A stretch of DNA of 64,000 nt, from NCBI GenBank assembly GCA_964016885.1, contig OZ024759.1:27280001-27344000 (forward strand). Reading direction: 5' to 3'. The stretch comes from Eledone cirrhosa (taxonomy: Eukaryota). Position numbers and translations under genes: made by a program. This document shows, one piece after another, positions 1 through 7,097 of this stretch. The number at the start of each line of letters is the position of its first letter. Position 1 is the stretch's first letter. The notes beneath the pieces were generated by a model, which made no database searches, was not told where the DNA came from, and saw only the letters and a program-made list of their open reading frames with translations.

Positions 1-532
1 AACTTGATTTATATTAAACTTCATTTACATTCTTAGTTTAGTTACCTCCCTCGATGTAGGAAAAGGTTTTCTTGTTTCTTCTATTTAAATCTATATATAA
101 TAAAAGTCAAAATAAGAAGAATTTAATAAAGCTTAATATTCTTTTTATTGATAACGTATGTAAATGATTTTCATTTCCTTTTACAGATGTCCAGCCTTCA
201 AGGTCATATGCTGTGTTGTTTGCCGTAACAAGTGGGAATGGCGAAGTTTCTGTTAATATAAAAAGGTTACATTTTATATACAAATTGTGTTCAGTTTATT
301 TTGACAAAAATGAATAAAGAAATCAAGTAGAGGTTTACCTTTTAAGTAGGTACTACTGCAGCAGTTGCCTCAAACGGTAGATGGCATCCGTAGTACTTTT
401 ACCTGCCACAAATCTAAACTATAGAGGTATGTAATGTTTTCTTTGCTCTATACACATATTTTATTAGTGAGATATCGAAATACTAAGATATATAATTACA
501 TAGACACATATATATATAGACACACAAAGTCA
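1..532. other. Unique (non-array) flank; left boundary of the array
   Basis: The sequence before 533 (…GACACACAAAGTCA) does not match the sequence preceding the anchor in other monomers (…CGGACTGAGATTG) and is not seen elsewhere in the window. Confidence 0.93.
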
Positions 533-634
533 AACACCACATCAGTGTCTACATAGTCTCTAACACCTACCATTAGGCCAACGAAACAGATACAAGAACA
601 TAAGAAAAAAATTTATATTTATAAACCTACTTTC
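533..634 (-). repeat. Truncated tRNA-like unit 4, cut at the B box by the array boundary
   Basis: Nearly identical to 5088-5189. It keeps the minus-strand TATAAATA and A box TGGCCTAATGG but loses the B-box 3' half and the T-run. Confidence 0.8.
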
Positions 635-649
635 AATTTCCAAGCAAAA

Positions 650-778
650 TAGATGTGCTGGCGTTCATGGCTTTCTCATTGTTATTTCTACTAGAATCGG
701 GTCAATGTTTACATTTATTCTTCTGGGGCTTTCATAAAATATATTTTCACTTTCTTTCGGGTTCATTAGATCCTACAA
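650..778 (-). repeat. Unclassified dispersed-repeat fragment, inverted partner of 3081-3218
   Basis: The reverse complement TTGACCCGATTCTAGTA…GAGAAAGCCATGAACGCCAGCACATCTA aligns to TCGACCCTTTCTAGTA…AAGAAAGCCATGAACGCCACCACGTCCTA at 3165-3218. Weaker similarity extends to TTGTAGG at about 3081. Confidence 0.8.
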
Positions 779-839
779 CCAGATGATCTACAGGGACCTT
801 CTTCATGGTCATAGCTGATTATTAAATATATACGGGAGA

Positions 840-859
840 GTGTGTGTGTGTGTGTGTGT
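840..859. repeat. (GT)n microsatellite, length-variable among monomers
   Basis: (GT)10 here; longer in, for example, monomers 2 and 3. Confidence 0.97.
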
Positions 860-1183
860 ATTAGATCTTGCCGTGATGTACTCAGCAATAATGGTTTTCA
901 ATTCCGTCGTCCCTCCATCCTTGGTGTGTATATAAATATATATGTGATTTTAACGTACAACGGCGACAATATATAAATCTGTTTTGTTTGATAATAATTA
1001 GATAAAGCTAATTCTACAACCCCTGTTAAACATTGAAACGACGACTATAAAATATAGCAACAACCACGACATAACAGTCTCTGGTTAAATATGATTTAAT
1101 GAAATTATTGCTAGAGATTGATCCCTAATATTTTATCTCACTCCTTAACCAGGGAGGAAAGGTCCTCAGACTCGGACAATGTT

Positions 1184-1290
1184 GATAAGGAGAGCAGAGT
1201 GTATCCTTATTTGTCACGTCTTTCCAGTTGTCACGGTATATAAAAGGCAGTAGTAGTAGTCACTCCTGCGAAAGACGTTGTCAGTTAGCC
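1184..1290 (+). promoter_or_regulatory. Putative TATA-box core promoter (host promoter or LTR U3/R remnant)
   Basis: GGTATATAAAAGGC (TATA at 1237-1246), preceded by GATAAG, a CArG-like CCTTATTTGT and twin TTGTCACG motifs (1211, 1228). An Inr-like TCAGTT lies at 1281, further from TATA than the canonical ~30 bp. Motif inference only. Confidence 0.4.
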
Positions 1291-1690
1291 TTCTGTAACG
1301 AGAGAAGAAGGTCGTGGTTTTTTTTTTCCTCCCTATCACATAATTCATACATTTGTCATCCTTTAGATATCAATATACAAGAGAAAGAAGAAAATTGAGA
1401 ACTTCGGTCTTTTAAAAGTAACATTTATTACATTAGAGCAAAATCTTGCATTAACAATATTTTGTGAGACTAAACATGGAATGGACAAAGAGATTATTAG
1501 AAGAAGGGCAATTGTCTCCATCTTAAACGTCAATACATTCTACAGAAAATCGAAATGAGAATAATTACAGAGATACTTTACAAAATGTTTCGCGATATGG
1601 TTCAAGTTATTTTGTAGTAATATGCAGCTATATTTATACATGTCTCTTATACCCCCTCCACGAGGAATTGTGAATATGTATGAATATGAT

Positions 1691-2143
1691 TTTAAAGATG
1701 GCTAAACATGTTGAAGAAAAAAAAAAGGAATTCAGATGATAGGAATAATAAAACATTCCTTTGCCTAGCTAAATGTCGAGAGGTCTAAAACACTAGTTGA
1801 ATGATATGTGTGATACGACCTAGAATATTGTTTTGGGGCATGGTCAGACGACTTCAGAAAATACGGAGAAGCTATTGAAGGAATCGAGAAAAGAACAAAA
1901 CAGAAAACACCAGAATTATTAAGAAATCGTCTTCTGAAGAAAGATGTTAAACTTTAGGGATTGCAAATTTAGAGGAGATAAATCTAACAGGGTGGGGGGG
2001 ACATGATAGAAATATATATTTAAAGGACTAATATTTAAATAGTAGTACACTATTCAAATGTAAAGCTCTGAATAACTATATCTTTCGGGGAGATATATCA
2101 AACAAGTGACATGATAGAAATATTTAAAATAATGAAAAGACTA
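1691..2143 (+). mobile_element. Degenerate CR1/L2-clade LINE ORF2 fragment (region C-terminal to the RT core)
   Basis: Manual translation across stops and frameshifts gives LKMAKHVEEKK/IQMIGIIKHSFA*LNVERSKTLVE*YV*YDLEYCFGAWSDDFRKYGEAIEGIEKRTKQKTPEL/SSEERC*TLGIANLEEINL..GDMIEIY. This matches the CR1/L2 consensus order KHV..A.RMLG.IKRSF..YVRPHLEYC..AWSP..IE.VQ.RATK.IPEL…SYEERL..LGL..LEERR.RGDMIE.YK. A second DMIEIFKIMKRL motif lies at 2109-2144. Confidence 0.88.
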
Positions 2144-2431
2144 CAATATACAGTATTGCAGAAGTAAATGAAAATATAAGAAGACATCACCATTGAACTG
2201 CAGATGAAAGTCAGTACTCTTTACATTTATCCCAGGTATATAGAAAGCAATCCTGATGTCCACTGATTGAAATATAAAACAATAAAGAAACACCACAATC
2301 CAGTAAACCTTAGTAATAATCCAATTAAGCCGCCATTTACAATAGAAAGTAGTAAGAAAAACAAAGTCACACTCAGAAGTTAATGCAGTGAAAACAATAA
2401 AAATATTATTAATAAATAATAATAATTTCAT
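2141..2431 (-). CDS. Doubtful 96-aa hydrophobic ORF, identical in all 14 monomers
   Basis: ATG-initiated ORF with a hydrophobic N-terminus, and the three SNPs I saw in it are synonymous. Against it: it lies on the T-rich strand of a repeat whose paralogue (4019-4289) is disrupted, and I recognise no family. Confidence 0.15.
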   Translation of the reverse strand: MKLLLFINNIFIVFTALTSECDFVFLTTFYCKWRLNWIITKVYWIVVFLYCFIFQSVDIRIAFYIPGINVKSTDFHLQFNGDVFLYFHLLLQYCIL

Positions 2432-2434
2432 TTC
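2166..2434 (+). repeat. Unclassified ~270 bp repeat, copy A (diverged direct partner of 4019-4289)
   Basis: Shared collinear blocks: CCAGGTAT, GATGTCCACTGA, ATCCAGT, GTAATAATCCA, TCAG.AGTTAATG.AGTGAAAACAA and ATTTCATTTC/ATTCATTTC. Confidence 0.88.
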
Positions 2435-2483
2435 ATATTATCATTAAATTGTTTGTCTATTTTTATTGTAAACCTAAAATATA

Positions 2484-2486
<3 letters not shown>

Positions 2487-2518
<32 letters not shown>
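2487..2518. repeat. (AT)n microsatellite, the most variable site in the monomer
   Basis: About (AT)16 here, much longer at about 43591-43641, and interrupted by AA in monomers 9 and 11. Confidence 0.97.
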
Positions 2519-2521
<3 letters not shown>

Positions 2522-2560
2522 TACATATACATCGATACATTCTGTGAGTATGTCTTACTT

Positions 2561-2630
2561 AGGCAACAGTCAAGTAATTTGCGGGGAGGAACCAATCCGT
2601 TATATTGATCCCAGTACATGACTGGTACTA
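2561..2630 (-). mobile_element. Probable SINE 3'/body fragment resembling mollusc (cephalopod) tRNA-SINEs
   Basis: AGGCAACAGTCAAGTAATTTGCGGGGAGGAACCAATCCGTTATATTGATCCCAGTACATGACTGGTACT resembles, from memory, the octopus SINE segment AGGCACAAGGCCTGAAATTTTGGGGGAGGGG..AGTCGATTA.ATCGACCCCAGTAC..ACTGGTACT, including the CCAGT-n5-ACTGG hairpin. It abuts the (AT)n tract where a tail would be. Not database-verified. Confidence 0.55.
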
Positions 2631-3080
2631 TAAGTTGTATGCTCCAAAATCATAAAATTATGGGTTAATCTAAACACTGAGAACACAAAGGTGGGGTAAA
2701 ATTATTTAAAAATTGAGGTTTTAATATTTTATCTTTTATTTACAAATTATATGTCTTGGTGTCATATTTAAGGATATAATGTAGTTATTGGTGGAAATAA
2801 TATAATATGTGATGAAGAGGTGTATAGAACTGTGGATATAGAATTGTTTTAATCATTATTTTTAACGGACGAAAAAACTACATAATGACTTCTAGTCGGA
2901 GTTACGGGAAATTACGGCAAAGACCCTCCATGAAGGTTCAAATATTACACATTATCTATATATAGGAATCAGGCTAAACAATTTACGGGCACGTCGCTCT
3001 AAGTTGGAATATTTTTTCACAGACACGGGAGTTAGGTATGGCATATTTCAAATAAGAGAACATTATTACAGACGGAGTCA

Positions 3081-3218
3081 TTGTAGGTTCAAATCATTGT
3101 TAGACCGATCAGAAAGAAAATGGATATATAATTCATGAAAAAACCTGAAGTGTGAAAGACAGAGTCGACCCTTTCTAGTAACAACACTAAGAAAGCCATG
3201 AACGCCACCACGTCCTAA
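3081..3218 (+). repeat. Unclassified dispersed-repeat fragment, inverted partner of 650-778
   Basis: The core AGAAAGCCATGAACGCCA is the exact reverse complement of TGGCGTTCATGGCTTTCT at 659-676. Confidence 0.8.
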
Positions 3219-3349
3219 ATCTAACTCTGCGATCGTCATATCAAATCGAAATACTTCACCAACTGTGGAAGATGAAGGATTGAAGAACTATGATATATAG
3301 CTAAGAGGCTTGTCTTCAGAACATTTGAAAAATGTTCCACCAGCCACCT

Positions 3350-3570
3350 GTATAGTAAATATTCCAAAGTATACCAAATATGTTTCGTAAATGTTTGTTC
3401 CTGGTTTAATTTTCCCAATTAGCTTCCTGATTTTTATTCAGGTTCTTTGCATATATTCCTTGAATAGGTTTTCGGGTAGCATACCTTCTTAAATCTCAAA
3501 ATTCTATATCGGCCACCAAAGTTTCCAATGGCCCTCAATTTTCTGTTCAGCTGCTCATCGTCCACCCAAC
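3350..3570 (-). mobile_element. Possible degenerate RT fragment of an RLE-type non-LTR retrotransposon (R4/Dong/NeSL-like)
   Basis: Stitching frames gives DEQLNRKLRAIGNF / ADIEF*DLRRYATRKPIQG / GKLNQEQT / YL-GIL-E. This recalls the segment after YMDD in these RTs: ..EL..LL..V..FS.DIGMEFGL.KCA…..RG…I..L….YKYLGILE. It requires several frameshifts. Confidence 0.4.
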
Positions 3571-4018
3571 AGTTGAAACCGCCCAGTTGAGGAACCCCTA
3601 TGGGTAAGCTACCTCGAATGATGCTATATATTAATCGAGAGGAGGAGGTGACTATTATAATTTTTATAAGTAATAATCTTTTAAAGACAAGAGGAAATTT
3701 CATCATTAAAATCATAAATATATGTCTACAGAATACAGATTATCAAAATGAAATTAAAAGCAAGTAAATCAGGGGCCACGAAACTTTACATATTTAGTTT
3801 TATTTCTATCGTGAAAAATGTTGATCTTCAGATATTAGATTATGGCGGCTGTACTTGTCTTTGTGTTGACGTGTTTGTTTGAAATCCTTTTTTTAATGTT
3901 TGTCTCTCTTTAAACATCGTTTATAGTTTGTTAAAATTAATTTTAGATTATTCGTACCTCGTCTGTGTGGTTTATTTTGATGTAGCGTCCCTGTCTTGTT
4001 TATTTTTGGTTACATTTT

Positions 4019-4289
4019 AAATGTGAAATACAGGAACATCAGACATTAAAATGAAATGTTACGTAAAACATACACCTTGTGTTTATTCCAGGTATTTAGA
4101 TAGATGTCCAGATGTCCACTGACAACAAAATAATACAATCATCCAGTGAAAGTTGGTAATAATCCAGGTTCGTTGCAGTCACCATTCACAGTAAACAATG
4201 GTTAGAAAGAAACAAAAACAAAAGACGTATTCAGCAGTTAATGAAGTGAAAACAAAATAAAAACAACTTTACTGAATAAAATTCATTTC
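4019..4289 (+). repeat. Unclassified ~270 bp repeat, copy B
   Basis: Collinear similarity to 2166-2434, with a small internal duplication GATGTCCAGATGTCCA. Confidence 0.88.
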
Positions 4290-4443
4290 TTAATTTCAAT
4301 AAGGTTTTTTGTTCTTTCTTTTATAAAAGAAAACAAATTTTAATTAAAATATGTTGAATATAATATGGGACATTACGACAAAGTACAGCATTATTAGTTC
4401 AAATCTTACTTAATAAAAGCAACAAATACGCAGTTATTAGTAT

Positions 4444-4556
4444 AAAACCTAACGGAAATCGAACCCTAAAACAGGATCTCCACCGTCTCTAGTACTTACC
4501 ATTAGGCCACAGGGACAGTTAGAAAAATGCATTGAAAATTAATATTTACTTACCTA
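4444..4556 (-). other. tRNA-derived Pol III-like unit 1
   Basis: Minus strand reads AGTAAATA (-34), GTCCCTG, A box TGGCCTAATGG, TAAGTACTAGAGACGGTGGAG, B-box-like GGTTCGATTTCC, then T4. No cloverleaf pairing. Confidence 0.7.
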
Positions 4557-4731
4557 TACTAGAAAAAACCGGAAGTGGAGAAAATTGAAAAACTTTTTCT
4601 TTTTCTTCCTCTGATTTTTGCCACGAACGATAACTCGTCTCTGACTTAAATCCAAATTTTGGATATAAAAAAATCAGAGGAAGAAAAAGAAGATGTTTTT
4701 CAATTTTCTCCACTTCCGGTTTTTTCTAGTA
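4557..4731. mobile_element. 175 bp foldback/MITE-like element with 63 bp inverted arms bounded by TA
   Basis: 4557-4619 and 4669-4731 are reverse complements at 61 of 63 positions, around a 49 bp spacer. The terminal TA…TA is consistent with a Tc1/mariner-type target duplication. Confidence 0.8.
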
Positions 4732-4736
4732 ATGAA

Positions 4737-4868
4737 AAAGTAGGTTTATAAATATCAATTTTCAGTAAGTTTCCGTAACCGTCCCTTTAGCCTAGTGGTA
4801 AGTATAAGAGCCGGTGGAGGTCCAGGTGCGGGGTTCAATCACTGGCAGTGTGTCGTATTATACTTTTT
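4737..4868 (+). other. tRNA-derived Pol III-like unit 2
   Basis: TATAAATA at 4747 (-34 from 4781), A box TAGCCTAGTGG at 4788, B-box-like GGTTCAATCAC at 4832, T5 at 4864-4868. Confidence 0.72.
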
Positions 4869-4888
4869 ATAGTATAAAACAAAAATAA

Positions 4889-5028
4889 AAAAGTAACTTT
4901 ATAAATATTAATTTTCACACTGTTTTTATATCTGTCTCCCTGGCCTAATGGTAGGTATTAGAGACGGTGGAGAACCTGCTCTGGGTTTCGATTTCAGTCA
5001 AAGTCTATAGATAATAATTTCATTTTTT
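4889..5028 (+). other. tRNA-derived Pol III-like unit 3
   Basis: TATAAATA at 4900 (-34 from 4934), A box TGGCCTAATGG at 4941, degenerate B box GTTTCGATTTC at about 4985, T6 at 5023-5028. Confidence 0.68.
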
Positions 5029-5055
5029 ACTTTACTAGAGAAAAATTTAAATTTT

Positions 5056-5189
5056 AAAATATATAGTACAGATTCGGACTGAGATTGAACACCACATCAG
5101 TGTCTACATAGTCTCTAACACCTACCATTAGGCCAACGAAACACATACAAGAACATAAGAAAAAAATTTATATTTATAAACCTACTTTC
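5056..5189 (-). other. tRNA-derived Pol III-like unit 4 (spans the monomer junction)
   Basis: Minus strand reads TATAAATA (5178-5171, about -36), A box TGGCCTAATGG (5135-5125), B-box-like TGTTCAATCTC, then T4 at 5059-5056. Confidence 0.65.
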
Positions 5190-7045
5190 AATTTCCAAGC
5201 AAAATAGATGTGCTGGCGTTCATGGCTTTCTCATTGTTATTTCTACTAGAATCGGGTCAATGTTTACATTTATTCTTCTGGGGCTTTCATAAAATATATT
5301 TTCACTTTCTTTCGGGTTCATTAGATCCTACAACCAGATGATCTACAGGGACCTTCTTCATGGTCATAGCTGATTATTAAATATATACGGGAGAGTGTGT
5401 GTGTGTGTGTGTGTGTGTGTATTAGATCTTGCCGTGATGTACTCAGCAATAATGGTTTTCAATTCCGTCGTCCCTCCATCCTTGGTGTGTATATAAATAT
5501 ATATGTGATTTTAACGTACAACGGCGACAATATATAAATCTGTTTTGTTTGATAATAATTAGATAAAGCTAATTCTACAACCCCTGTTAAACATTGAAAC
5601 GACGACTATAAAATATAGCAACAACCACGACATAACAGTCTCTGGTTAAATATGATTTAATGAAATTATTGCTAGAGATTGATCCCTAATATTTTATCTC
5701 ACTCCTTAACCAGGGAGGAAAGGTCCTCAGACTCGGACAATGTTGATAAGGAGAGCAGAGTGTATCCTTATTTGTCACGTCTTTCCAGTTGTCACGGTAT
5801 ATAAAAGGCAGTAGTAGTAGTCACTCCTGCGAAAGACGTTGTCAGTTAGCCTTCTGTAACGAGAGAAGAAGGTCGTGGCTTTTTTTTTTTCCTCCCTATC
5901 ACATAATTCATACATTTGTCATCCTTTAGATATCAATATACAAGAGAAAGAAGAAAATTGAGAACTTCGGTCTTTTAAAAGTAACATTTATTACATTAGA
6001 GCAAAATCTTGCATTAACAATATTTTGTGAGACTAAACATGGAATGGACAAAGAGATTATTAGAAGAAGGGCAATTGTCTCTATCTTAAACGTCAATACA
6101 TTCTACAGAAAATCGAAATGAGAATAATTACAGAGATACTTTACAAAATGTTTCGCGATATGGTTCAAGTTATTTTGTAGTAATATGCAGCTATATTTAT
6201 ACATGTCTCTTATACCCCCTCCACGAGGAATTGTGAATATGTATGAATATGATTTTAAAGATGGCTAAACATGTTGAAGAAAAAAAAAAGGAATTCAGAT
6301 GATAGGAATAATAAAACATTCCTTTGCCTAGCTAAATGTCGAGAGGTCTAAAACACTAGTTGAATGATATGTGTGATACGACCTAGAATATTGTTTTGGG
6401 GCATGGTCAGACGACTTCAGAAAATACGGAGAAGCTATTGAAGGAATCGAGAAAAGAACAAAACAGAAAACACCAGAATTATTAAGAAATCGTCTTCTGA
6501 AGAAAGATGTTAAACTTTAGGGATTGCAAATTTAGAGGAGATAAATCTAACAGGGTGGGGGGACATGATAGAAATATATATTTAAAGGACTAATATTTAA
6601 ATAGTAGTACACTATTCAAATGTAAAGCTCTGAATAACTATATCTTTCGGGGAGATATATCAAACAAGTGACATGATAGAAATATTTAAAATAATGAAAA
6701 GACTACAATATACAGTATTGCAGAAGTAAATGAAAATATAAGAAGACATCACCATTGAACTGCAGATGAAAGTCAGTACTCTTTACATTTATCCCAGGTA
6801 TATAGAAAGCTATCCTGATGTCCACTGATTGAAATATAAAACAATAAAGAAACACCACAATCCAGTAAACCTTAGTAATAATCCAATTAAGCCGCCATTT
6901 ACAATAGAAAGTAGTAAGAAAAACAAAGTCACACTCAGAAGTTAATGCAGTGAAAACAATAAAAATATTATTAATAAATAATAATAATTTCATTTCATAT
7001 TATCATTAAATTGTTTGTCTATTTTTATTTTAAACATAAAATATA

Positions 7046-7097
<52 letters not shown>

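Noticed and set aside
1180-1456. Intact solo LTR (TGTTG…TAACA) around the TATA box
   Set aside because: Candidate TG…CA ends lack a matching target-site duplication. Kept only as an alternative hypothesis.
2428-2619. 61-71-aa ORF with YIYIYI repeats
   Set aside because: It is a translation of the (AT)n microsatellite and is present or absent depending on tract length.
3236-3418. 60-aa minus-strand ORF
   Set aside because: It starts at a non-ATG codon (TTG), which is implausible in a eukaryote, and it carries a non-synonymous SNP.
3403-3424. Resemblance of GGTTTAATTTTCCCAATT to the nematode SL1 spliced leader
   Set aside because: It has several mismatches and lacks the following GAG|GT donor and a recognisable SL RNA structure.
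3434-3715. 93-aa minus-strand ORF as a real gene
   Set aside because: No recognisable intact domain. It is better explained as a frame fragment of a decayed RT plus AT-rich sequence, and its identity across copies only reflects the array's youth.
4544-4556. TACTTACCT resembling the U1 snRNA 5' end
   Set aside because: The downstream sequence has no U1 similarity and runs into the foldback element.
4781-4855. Functional tRNA gene (for example His-GTG)
   Set aside because: Acceptor, anticodon and T stems do not pair. Only the A/B-box-like motifs remain.
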